From contig JANPBV010000306.1 of assembly GCA_031430615.1 (NCBI GenBank), positions 1 to 41,713 of the forward strand: a stretch of 41,713 bases of DNA. Reading direction: 5' to 3'. Origin of the DNA: Ignavibacteria bacterium (GTDB lineage Bacteria; Bacteroidota; Ignavibacteria; Tepidaquicellales; OLB5). Below the pieces are notes generated by a model that was not told where the DNA came from, searched no databases, and saw only the letters and a list, made by a program, of their open reading frames with translations. This document shows, in pieces, positions 19,381 through 27,594 of the stretch. The position numbers and the translations under genes are program-made. How positions within the stretch are numbered: position 1 is the stretch's first letter; each line of letters opens with the position of its first letter.

Positions 19381-20643
19381 TTATGTTTTTAATTTTTTCT
19401 TTTTGGCAGCAGGGAAAAGGACATTGTTCAAAATAAGTCTGTAGCCGGGTGAGTTTTTGTATTGTGAAAGATCCGTTTTGGGGTCACCGACTGCATGCTG
19501 GTAATCTTCAGGGTCATGCCCGCCGTAGAGTGTAAACGTACCTCTTCCGTAATTACCGTGAACATACTTAACCCAATTGGTGCCGTCATTCTTGGCAAGT
19601 ATAGTCATGTTTGGCTTTATGAATTCTTCCTTAAAGCCTGACTCCTGTCCCAAAAAGCCTTTTATTGCCGCAGTGTGGTCCTGTATCAGCATTGTTGGTA
19701 CAGGGTCTATCTTAGCGGAGAAATCAAACAATGTAAAATAATCATTGTATTGTCCCATCATTAACTCAGAGTCGGTAATATCAATATCTGAATACTCGTA
19801 CACATACGGATTTAACTGTATCTGGAAATTCTGAAACACCATGCATTCAGTATAATCAAGTTTTTCATTTGCAGCCTGGTCATACGGGTCGCCATCATAC
19901 ATGGCGTCGCATATATCAGTGTACTGCGAAGCAAGAGCTATATCAGGTGTCGTAGTGCCTGAGCACATTGTGAACATAAAACCGCCGTTAGAAACATACT
20001 CTTTCAGTTTTTTAACTACAGCAAGCTTTAACTGAGATACTTTTTGGTATCCCATCTTTTTTGCCATATCTTCGTTAGTCTGCTTCTGTGTTAAATACCA
20101 TGCTGAGGAACCGAATGCTGCGAAGAACTTTCCGTACTGACCCGTAAAATCTTCATGGTGCAGGTGTATCCAATCGTAATCTTTTAATTTACCGTTAAGT
20201 ACTTCCTCATCCCAAATTTTATCGTAGGGAATTTCGACGTAATCCAGAGCTAATTGAACTGCATCATCCCATGGCAGTGAATTAGGCGGAACGTAAACTG
20301 CAATTTTTGCGACTTTCTCAAGCCTTACAACATCCATATTGTTTTCTTCATTCTGCACTTCTGCATAGACCTGTGCTGCCTGAGTGCCGGAAAGCAGTTC
20401 AAAGCTTACACCTTTTGCAGTGCATTCAGCCGCAATTTCAGTCGTGTAATCGAACATAAATGAGCCGCCGCGATAGTTTAGGAGCCAATCAAGCTCTTTA
20501 CCGCCAAGCAAATGCCTGTAAGCAATACCGTAAGCCCTTAAGTGATCGTTCTGTGAATTTACATCCATAGGGATAAGCAGTTTTTGCTGCGCAAAGACTG
20601 ATGATGCTAAAACCAGCAGTATTATTGTTAAAAATTTCCTCAA
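19381..20643 (-). CDS. secreted hypothetical protein (420 aa)
   Basis: Long ORF with signal peptide MRKFLTIILLVLASSVFAQQ and an apparent TTG start. I cannot confidently recognise any motif in it. Confidence 0.7.
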   Translation of the reverse strand: MRKFLTIILLVLASSVFAQQKLLIPMDVNSQNDHLRAYGIAYRHLLGGKELDWLLNYRGGSFMFDYTTEIAAECTAKGVSFELLSGTQAAQVYAEVQNEENNMDVVRLEKVAKIAVYVPPNSLPWDDAVQLALDYVEIPYDKIWDEEVLNGKLKDYDWIHLHHEDFTGQYGKFFAAFGSSAWYLTQKQTNEDMAKKMGYQKVSQLKLAVVKKLKEYVSNGGFMFTMCSGTTTPDIALASQYTDICDAMYDGDPYDQAANEKLDYTECMVFQNFQIQLNPYVYEYSDIDITDSELMMGQYNDYFTLFDFSAKIDPVPTMLIQDHTAAIKGFLGQESGFKEEFIKPNMTILAKNDGTNWVKYVHGNYGRGTFTLYGGHDPEDYQHAVGDPKTDLSQYKNSPGYRLILNNVLFPAAKKKKLKT

Positions 20644-20761
20644 TTAAGGCAAATTATAGTTATTTGTATTAGTAAACAATGTAACAAAAAGTGATTTCTC
20701 AAACTATTTATACTATTAAATCCATATTAACCCTAATTTGTTTCAGTAAAAATCAGGACAT

Positions 20762-20793
20762 AAAAAAACCGGGGATTCTGTATACCCCCGGTT
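20762..20793 (-). terminator. rho-independent terminator of the DUF4097-like gene
   Basis: AACCGGGG / CCCCGGTT is an 8-bp stem followed on the minus strand by a 7-nt U-run. Confidence 0.7.
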
Positions 20794-20814
20794 AAATGAA
20801 AAGATAATATGAAG

Positions 20815-21708
20815 CTATTTTTTTGTTACTATTATATTACCTGCTGAAGTTGTGCATTTAAATGTTTCGCCGCCTTCATTGAATTTTGACCGTATATAAG
20901 AAGCTACGTGATTTTCCTTTTCAACTTTCGCAAAGTCACATGTAATTTTTCCAGCAAGTGTGCCAATATCAGCATCGGCATTAAAATCAGTTGGTAATGA
21001 TGCGGTTATATTGCCTCCAAGTGTGCTCATATCAATTCCAAGATTTTTCCCTGAGTAATCCAGTCTTATGTTTCCGCCTGCTGTAGAGGCATCTATCCTG
21101 CCGTTTGAACCTTCAAGGTTAATATCTCCGCCTGCGGTAGAAGCGTCGACATTCCCGTTAAATTCACTGGCTGATATCTTACCGCCTGATGTTGATACTT
21201 TAATGTTGCCGGTTGATACAGCAATGTTTACATTACCGCCTGCAGTGTAAGCTTCAAGATTTCCGTTAGTATTTTCAATTGAAATATTCCCGCCGGAAGT
21301 ATTTGTTTCGATCTTGCCTGTAATATCTTTGATAGATAGATTCCCGCCGGAGCTGTATAATTTCACATTATAGGATTGAGGAACAATTATTTCAACTCTT
21401 ACGGTAAGATCCTTCATGTTCTTGGTATCTTTTTGTTTGCCGTCAACTTTAACTCCGGTTGAAGTTTGCTCAGCCGAAAAGACTATCTTTTCTTCGGCTT
21501 CATCGTTGCCATAGACCTTTACGCTTACCTCGTTATTAGACCATGAAGAAACCTGGATATTGCCGGCTACAAGGCTGGTGATTAACTCTTTGCCCGATTC
21601 AGTAGGAATACTTTTTTCAAATAGCAATTTTGCGTCATCTGCAGTTGTTACTTTTACCATAATTGAGGAAATTATTAAAGAAATTGTAAATAAAGTAGTG
21701 ATTTTCAT
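20815..21708 (-). CDS. DUF4097-type beta-strand repeat protein (putative adhesin-like), secreted
   Basis: Signal peptide followed by about 7 tandem ~18-aa repeats of the form (S/T)xGG(N/D/K)I(x)(I/L)x. Confidence 0.75.
   Translation of the reverse strand: MKITTLFTISLIISSIMVKVTTADDAKLLFEKSIPTESGKELITSLVAGNIQVSSWSNNEVSVKVYGNDEAEEKIVFSAEQTSTGVKVDGKQKDTKNMKDLTVRVEIIVPQSYNVKLYSSGGNLSIKDITGKIETNTSGGNISIENTNGNLEAYTAGGNVNIAVSTGNIKVSTSGGKISASEFNGNVDASTAGGDINLEGSNGRIDASTAGGNIRLDYSGKNLGIDMSTLGGNITASLPTDFNADADIGTLAGKITCDFAKVEKENHVASYIRSKFNEGGETFKCTTSAGNIIVTKK
20995..21354 (-). repeat. coding tandem repeats (~54-57 bp period) of the DUF4097-like protein
   Basis: CCGCC(T/G)G(C/A)..GT units recur about every 54-57 bp, corresponding to the GGNI strand repeats. 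Confidence 0.7.
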
Positions 21709-21802
21709 GTTTTAACCTTTAAATAAAAAATTTAACGTTCTTTCTGATATTATGATGATTTCGGGTTTAGAAAGGTTTAACCAGAATATGGCGAATACAT
21801 AT

Positions 21803-21835
21803 TAAAAAAGCCGTCCGGAATACCCGGGACGGCTT
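21803..21835 (-). terminator. rho-independent terminator ending the 23240->21910 small-gene operon
   Basis: AAGCCGTCC / GGACGGCTT stem followed on the minus strand by a U-run. Confidence 0.7.
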
Positions 21836-21909
21836 AATGGGGGTGAATATTAATATAACCAAATGATTATATACTTTAATTTAACAGTTACATATACTTT
21901 GTTGAAAAT

Positions 21910-22143
21910 TTATTTATCCATAGCTGCCTGCCAAAGAGAATCGAACTGTGAAGCTGTTTTGCCCATATCTGATGGATCAGTCATTCTGAACTGCCATCCT
22001 TCATGTGCCGCATTCCAGTTTTCTTTTGTGATTCCTTCTTGTTTAGCTATTTTTAAACAGGATTCCTGATCATTGAACACATCGCTCATCTTGGCGCAAA
22101 GCTCGGCATACTTTTCTATGCTAATTCCCTTAATCGGTTCCAT
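21910..22143 (-). CDS. hypothetical 77-aa soluble protein
   Basis: Last ORF of a co-directional, tightly spaced minus-strand cluster. No recognisable motif. Confidence 0.5.
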   Translation of the reverse strand: MEPIKGISIEKYAELCAKMSDVFNDQESCLKIAKQEGITKENWNAAHEGWQFRMTDPSDMGKTASQFDSLWQAAMDK

Positions 22144-22155
22144 TAGTAAAATTTA

Positions 22156-22359
22156 TCAGTTTAAAATTAAATTAAAAAAAACTACCAGTATTATAAAAAA
22201 TATTACAACTATCCAAACCGCGATAAAAATTGCTGAAAATAATGCGTTGGATATCAGCAAATTTTTATACCAGTTACCCCAATTGCTTGGCCGGCTGCCT
22301 CCGGCTGAGCTTTCAGAGGCGTTTAACATTCTGCCTGGTTCATTTAAAAAGCTGTTCAT
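22156..22359 (-). CDS. hypothetical 67-aa C-terminally anchored membrane protein
   Basis: Polar N-terminal half followed by one long hydrophobic C-terminal segment. It lies in the same operon and competes with an antisense 99-aa ORF. Confidence 0.4.
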   Translation of the reverse strand: MNSFLNEPGRMLNASESSAGGSRPSNWGNWYKNLLISNALFSAIFIAVWIVVIFFIILVVFFNLILN

Positions 22360-22386
22360 CTTAATTTCTTAATGATATTAAAATTA

Positions 22387-22794
22387 TTATATTATTTCAA
22401 CTTCGCCTGTTGCTATAACATCGCCGTTCTTTTTTAAACAGCTTACTTTGTACTTGCCTTTTTCTTTGAATTCAACGTCATCAAAATGGATGTAATCCCA
22501 GCTTGACTGAACGGTGAACGGGAATGTATCAACTGCTTTACCTGTCGCAGCATCAGTAACGTTTATATCAACATCCTTTTCTCCGATAGGATTTTGAAGT
22601 TTAACCATTACAGTTATTTTACCGGTTTTAAATTTTTCGCCTTCGCCAATTTCTTTGGTTACGTATCTTTCGCAGAAATAAAGTTTATCACCTGAAAATT
22701 TATCCGTTATCTGCTGGATCTGTTTTATCTTACCGCAGCCTGAAAATGCAACCATGACCGCAAAAAGAACTAAAGCAATTTTTGTGAATCTCAT
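22387..22794 (-). CDS. lipoprotein, paralog of 2108..2512
   Basis: Lipobox VAFSGC. Shares the YFCERY..GKITVMVK block with the 2108..2512 product. Confidence 0.7.
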   Translation of the reverse strand: MRFTKIALVLFAVMVAFSGCGKIKQIQQITDKFSGDKLYFCERYVTKEIGEGEKFKTGKITVMVKLQNPIGEKDVDINVTDAATGKAVDTFPFTVQSSWDYIHFDDVEFKEKGKYKVSCLKKNGDVIATGEVEII

Positions 22795-22829
22795 TTTTTG
22801 AATTTCTCCTGTATTGTTTTGATTAAATA

Positions 22830-23240
22830 TTATATAACCTGTACCTGTGAAGTATTTGCCGGGTTGTATTTTATGTTAATTTTATCACCAACTCTTGGTA
22901 TAGCAATTTTTGATACAGCGGTTTCTGCGGTTGTTTCAAATGGTACGCCAAACTGAGGGGTAACCATTAATTTCAATTTTACTACCGGATTGAAATTAAT
23001 AAGCGCGCCGGTATCTTCGATACCTAAAACTTCGGCTGATGCGCCCATACCTGTTTGTCCAAGATTGCTTGTATCTGTATAATTCTTTGCCATATTTAAT
23101 GATGCATTTGTCTGGTCAACAAAATCCTTTCCCATGAAAGTTTTTGTTAAAAAGCCTGATACACCTGAGTTAATAGCTTTATCAGCATTTTCTAATGCTT
23201 TTTTTGGGTCATTTTCAATTTTTTTTCCGAATCCAAACAT
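22830..23240 (-). CDS. hypothetical 136-aa protein
   Basis: First ORF of the minus-strand cluster, with no signal peptide. A candidate -7 box (CAAAAATA on the plus strand, 23293..23300) lies upstream. Confidence 0.6.
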   Translation of the reverse strand: MFGFGKKIENDPKKALENADKAINSGVSGFLTKTFMGKDFVDQTNASLNMAKNYTDTSNLGQTGMGASAEVLGIEDTGALINFNPVVKLKLMVTPQFGVPFETTAETAVSKIAIPRVGDKINIKYNPANTSQVQVI

Positions 23241-23319
23241 GGTTTTGATTCCTTTCTTGTTTTAATTGTTTTATTTGAATTTTTTCATTCATACAAAAAT
23301 AACAGGGTTACTTAAGCTA

Positions 23320-23459
23320 TACAAAGAAATGATTTTATCTTTGTTTATTCTTTGATGTGATTCATTGTTACTTCAGTATTGCATTACAATGTTAAATTAC
23401 TGTTTTATATAGATTAAAGTGTGGAAAAATTTACTTTGAAGTTTTGTTTCTGCAAAAAA
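23320..23459. promoter_or_regulatory. copy M1 (shortened) of the conserved bidirectional control module
   Basis: TACAAAGAAA at 23320..23329 is a degenerate form of the TACAAAGATA decamer. GTGGAAAAATTTACTTTGAAGTTTTGTTTCTGCAAAAAA at 23421..23459 is a gapped match to the block found in M2-M4. Confidence 0.45.
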
Positions 23460-23577
23460 TGAAAGAATTTATCGTTTGTTTCGAGATGAAAACCCGTGTT
23501 TTTGCTATTTTATTTCATTTTCTGCAATATTTGAGAAATTTTCAACGCTTTTGTTTTTAATTTAGCAAAGATTAAAA

Positions 23578-24015
23578 TTATTTAACTAACAGCATTTTTT
23601 TCATTTCGATGTAGCCTTCGGTTTGCAGACTGTATGTATAAACACCCGAAGAAAGATTTGAAACATCATACAAAATTTTGTAAGTTCCTTCACTTAGATC
23701 ACGGTTTATAATTTCATCTATCTCCTGTCCCATCATATCCATAAGTGTTATCCTTACCTGCTGCTTATCTGGGATACTAAAATATAATTCATTTTCAGTT
23801 CCTTCCTTACCCGGAAATACCTGCCCAAGATAAAACCAGCTTGGGGCTTGAGTAGATGTTTGAATTACCTTTGCTTTGGTATTGATTGAATGGTTAAAGT
23901 TTCCCGGGGAAATATTATTATAAAAATCATCATTCAGAACCGATTGCGAAAAAACCGGAAGTGAAAATAAACTAAACGTAAATAATGCAATCGTAAATAA
24001 TATTTTAATTTTCAT
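23578..24015 (-). CDS. minimal T9SS C-terminal-domain protein (signal peptide + ~45 aa + CTD)
   Basis: Signal peptide ..VFSQ and C-terminal Por_Secre_tail-like segment YFSIPDKQQVRITLMDMMGQ..GVYTYSLQTEGYIEMKKMLLVK. Confidence 0.75.
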   Translation of the reverse strand: MKIKILFTIALFTFSLFSLPVFSQSVLNDDFYNNISPGNFNHSINTKAKVIQTSTQAPSWFYLGQVFPGKEGTENELYFSIPDKQQVRITLMDMMGQEIDEIINRDLSEGTYKILYDVSNLSSGVYTYSLQTEGYIEMKKMLLVK

Positions 24016-24049
24016 TGCTATACTCTAAGAACTTAAATTTTTATATTGC

Positions 24050-24248
24050 TACAAAGATAATTTACAGTTAAGAGCAATACAAAGAAACCATTTAATAGAA
24101 GTTTAGAAGAACCGGCATGAAATTAGAAACGAAAGTGGTTCTGGTATTACTAACTGATTTATATATAAACAAGATAGAGCGGGAATATGAATTACGAATG
24201 TTTTGATATCTCAGTTTTGGAATTGATTTTCGGATTGTTTTTAAAATC
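24050..24248. promoter_or_regulatory. copy M2 of the conserved bidirectional control module (between the T9SS mini-protein and SPFFN copy 3)
   Basis: TACAAAGATA at 24050..24059 reads TATCTTTGTA on the minus strand, a TAnnTTTG -7 box 37 nt before the minus-strand ATG. CAAA lies 20 nt further on. The block TTTTGGAATTGATTTTCGGATTGTTTTTAAAATC is at 24215..24248. Confidence 0.55.
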
Positions 24249-24360
24249 AGATGTAATTTCATGCATTTATTTATGAAAAATGGCTTAAACGGTTATAAAA
24301 TTGTGTTTTAAATCCACCAAAAGTAGTTTATATTGTTTTAAAATTACCGCAAAAACATCG

Positions 24361-25815
24361 ATGATAAGCGCTACTTTACTTGGAATGCTGAGCAAGTTTA
24401 ATCATAAGGAATTTAAAGATTTCGGAGAATTTGTGAAATCTCCTTTTTTTAATAAGAACATTCATGTAAAGCAGCTTTATGATTATCTTAAAAAGTTTTA
24501 TCCTGAATTCAGTGATAAAAAACTTGATAAAGAAGTTGTTTTTAAAAATCTATTTGTAGCGAAAAAATATAATGATGGATTTTTAAGAACGGTAATTTAT
24601 AACCTGGGAAAACTTGCTGAGGATTACCTTGCATACATAAATTTCAGGAAAAATGATCTTAACAGGGGAATAAGCCTGCTAAAAGAGCTTAATGAAAGAA
24701 AACTTGAAAAAGTCTTTCTAAGGTATTATGCCGAGATTGAAGAAGATATCAATTCATTGAAATACCAGGACAACGATTATTTTTACAAAAAGTTTGAGCT
24801 TCAAAACCAGAAAGAAACATATATGGACTGGAGTAAATTCAAGCATAAAGATTTCAAAAATTATACCACAAATACAACTTCATATATAAATGATGAGTTA
24901 ACAAGCTATTACTTATCTAAAGCCCTTAATCATTACCGTTTTATGCTTGATAAGAATATGTATGAACAGCTGGATTACAACTATGATTTTATTGAGCATA
25001 TCATGGAATTCTTATTGAAAAAGGATAAGTATTTTAGAGAAAAGATTAAAATAAAACTTCATCTATACGAAGTGCTTCTTATTAAAGATAAAAAGCATGA
25101 GTATTTCAAAATACTAAAAGATATTTTCATAAACGAAATGAAGCAGCTATCCCGAAGCGACCTCTACAGTCTTCATAATATTCTGCAAAGCTACTGTGTC
25201 TACCAGAATTATAATGATAAGCCCGGATACCTTGCGGAAAGATTTGAGCTTTACCGTATTTGCATCAATGAAAAACTGTATTCGGCTACTGAGCACATTT
25301 ATTTTGATGACCTTATGTTTGGTAATATTGTTAATACAGGAGCCGCAGTGCATGATTTTATATGGACTGAGAATTTTATTGAAGAGTTCAAAAATGCAAT
25401 TTCTCCTGATAACGCAGATGTTGTTGTAAATTATTCTTATGCAAGGCTGGCATTTGCCAGGAAAGAAAATGAAAAGGCGCTGTGGTATTTGAACAGTATC
25501 AAAACCATAAGGCATATCCAATATAAACTCCCTGTGAGAGATCTTACCCTGATGTGCTATTACGAAATGAATATGCTCAGCCAGTCATCATACCAGATAG
25601 ATTCATACAGGCATTTTTTAACGAACAATAAGGGCTCACTTTCAGATATAAGATTTGAAAGAATTATGAACTTCCTTAAGTTCTATACCAAGTTAGTTAA
25701 GAATAAAGAAAAAGGGAACATTAAGGAATGTATTAAGCTAAAAGAAGAACTTGGAAGTTCGAATAATGTGATTGAAAAAAGATGGCTTACTGAAAAAATA
25801 AAGGAGTTAGTATAA
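24361..25815 (+). CDS. SPFFN-family protein copy 3
   Basis: The start moves to ATG 24361 because the 24301 extension has no counterpart in the paralogs. Blocks: GEFVKSPFFNKNIHVKQLYDYLKKFYPEF, YNDGFLRTVIYNLGKLAEDY, IDSYRHFL and KRWLTEKIKEL. Confidence 0.8.
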   Translation: MISATLLGMLSKFNHKEFKDFGEFVKSPFFNKNIHVKQLYDYLKKFYPEFSDKKLDKEVVFKNLFVAKKYNDGFLRTVIYNLGKLAEDYLAYINFRKNDLNRGISLLKELNERKLEKVFLRYYAEIEEDINSLKYQDNDYFYKKFELQNQKETYMDWSKFKHKDFKNYTTNTTSYINDELTSYYLSKALNHYRFMLDKNMYEQLDYNYDFIEHIMEFLLKKDKYFREKIKIKLHLYEVLLIKDKKHEYFKILKDIFINEMKQLSRSDLYSLHNILQSYCVYQNYNDKPGYLAERFELYRICINEKLYSATEHIYFDDLMFGNIVNTGAAVHDFIWTENFIEEFKNAISPDNADVVVNYSYARLAFARKENEKALWYLNSIKTIRHIQYKLPVRDLTLMCYYEMNMLSQSSYQIDSYRHFLTNNKGSLSDIRFERIMNFLKFYTKLVKNKEKGNIKECIKLKEELGSSNNVIEKRWLTEKIKELV

Positions 25816-25816
25816 G

Positions 25817-27271
25817 TTGAATAAAAGCAGTCTTATAGAATCATTCAGAACATTTTCGCAAAAGGAAATGAAAGAATTTTCTGAATTTGTATCATCTCCG
25901 TTTTTTAACAAGAATGTTAATGTTGTTAAACTGTTTGACCTTATTAAAAAAAATTACCCTGAGTTTGATCAGAATAAAATAGAAAAAGAAAAGATTTTCG
26001 CAAAGCTATTTCCCGGGATCCCTTTTAAAGACAGCACTTTACGGCTTTTAATGTATTATTTGTACGAGCTTGTTGAAAAATTTCTCGCATATAACAGGTT
26101 TAGCAGCGATAAATTCTTTCATAAAGAGGTTCTGCTTGGTGAACTGTTTGACCGTAAGCTATTTAAGGATTATGAAAAGATAATTGAAGCGGCTAATGAT
26201 GAACTTGATAACTTTATTGTAAGAGATGCGTATTATTTCAGGAACCGATATGAATTTGCTGAGCATAAATTAAGTTATCTTGCCGAAATCTATATGGGAA
26301 AGTATGAGAAGTATTTAACCAAAGAAAACATTCAGCTTTTTTCTGATAACATAACATATTTTTACCTTATTAGTGTGCTTAAGTATTACGCAATAACCCT
26401 TAATACAATGTATCTGTATAATGTTAAAGTAGATACAAGCGTATTTGATAACATTCTTAAAAACTTTAACATTAATCAGTTTACAAATGTGCCTATGATA
26501 ACTATTTATTACAGGGTTATCCAGCTTTTTTTAAGACCTGATGACGAAGAAAATTATTACAGCCTTAAGGAACTGATAATAAAAAATGAAGATTTAATTG
26601 GTCAGTCAATTGGCGACCTTTATATAAATCTGGAAAATTATTGCGCAAGATGCTCAAGAAAGGGGAAACACAAATTCCTTCAGGAATCATTTGATATATA
26701 TGAAATGGAGCTTAAGAAAAAGACATACTCGCAGTATGGCTCTATGCCTAACTCTTTCTTTTCAAGCTTTGTTGTCACTGCAGGCAAACTTAAAAAATTT
26801 GAATGGCTGAGAAAATTCATAATAGACTATAAGGATGAATTAAACGAGCAATCAAAAGAGGCATATTATTTTTACAGTATGTCATTTCTTGAAAATGAAG
26901 AAGGAAATTTCGTGAAAGCCCTTGAATACCTTGCCAAGAGCAAGCCTGAAGAAGTGTACCTTAAAATGGATCTTCGCATTCTTCAATGCAGGATATACTA
27001 CAGCCTCGCTTGGAATATTCCGTTACAATCACTGCTTGATACATTTAAAAAGACAGTTCAGAATAATAAATATATAACTGATTTGAGAAAAGTTCAGTAT
27101 TATAAATTCATAAAATACACAAACCAGTTAAATAATATCAGGTACAAAGATGATAAGGCTTCCGCAGATGTTCTTCTGGATGAATTGAAACATGATGAGT
27201 TTTTTGCATATAAGATATGGGTAGTAGATGAAGCAGAGAAACTTGCTTATACAGGAGGTCAAAACAATTAA
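25817..27271 (+). CDS. SPFFN-family protein copy 4
   Basis: The TTG start is 1 nt after the TAA of copy 3 (TAA-G-TTG). Blocks: SEFVSSPFFNKNVNVVKLFDLIKKNYPEF and LDTFKKTV. The C-terminus is the most divergent of the five. Confidence 0.75.
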   Translation: MNKSSLIESFRTFSQKEMKEFSEFVSSPFFNKNVNVVKLFDLIKKNYPEFDQNKIEKEKIFAKLFPGIPFKDSTLRLLMYYLYELVEKFLAYNRFSSDKFFHKEVLLGELFDRKLFKDYEKIIEAANDELDNFIVRDAYYFRNRYEFAEHKLSYLAEIYMGKYEKYLTKENIQLFSDNITYFYLISVLKYYAITLNTMYLYNVKVDTSVFDNILKNFNINQFTNVPMITIYYRVIQLFLRPDDEENYYSLKELIIKNEDLIGQSIGDLYINLENYCARCSRKGKHKFLQESFDIYEMELKKKTYSQYGSMPNSFFSSFVVTAGKLKKFEWLRKFIIDYKDELNEQSKEAYYFYSMSFLENEEGNFVKALEYLAKSKPEEVYLKMDLRILQCRIYYSLAWNIPLQSLLDTFKKTVQNNKYITDLRKVQYYKFIKYTNQLNNIRYKDDKASADVLLDELKHDEFFAYKIWVVDEAEKLAYTGGQNN

Positions 27272-27303
27272 TCTTCACATTTATAAATATTATTACTTTG
27301 TTC

Positions 27304-27486
27304 TCAATTGAATACTGACTGTATTCCCGTAATTATCAGTATTACTATGATCAATAAAAATACAATCCCCAAAATAACAGCCGTCGTTATAAAAGTATTT
27401 TTCGCCTGTTTGATAAATCTATTATTATCCTTATCCGCTTTATCTGACTTATAGTATTCATTTAACTTTTCAAAGTATGAACTCAT
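27304..27486 (-). CDS. hypothetical 60-aa C-terminally anchored membrane protein
   Basis: Charged N-terminal half plus one C-terminal TM segment. It lies after the hairpin at 27508..27537, so its expression is uncertain. Confidence 0.35.
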   Translation of the reverse strand: MSSYFEKLNEYYKSDKADKDNNRFIKQAKNTFITTAVILGIVFLLIIVILIITGIQSVFN

Positions 27487-27507
27487 TTGTTATTCCTTTC
27501 TATTAAA

Positions 27508-27537
27508 TAGCCCGAGAATATTTCGTATCCCGGGCTA
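27508..27537 (-). terminator. weak hairpin downstream of lipoprotein copy 1
   Basis: TAGCCCG / CGGGCTA is a 7-bp stem with a large loop and only a short U-run. Confidence 0.35.
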
Positions 27538-27594
27538 TCATTCAATTAACGTAAAGTATTACTATGAAAATAATGCCTTCTTACTTAGCCTGAA

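Noticed and set aside
22073-22372. 99-aa plus-strand ORF overlapping the 67-aa and 77-aa minus-strand ORFs
   Set aside because: It runs against the direction of the operon defined by the promoter box and terminator, and it has no start context. The minus-strand genes are kept, though only at modest confidence.
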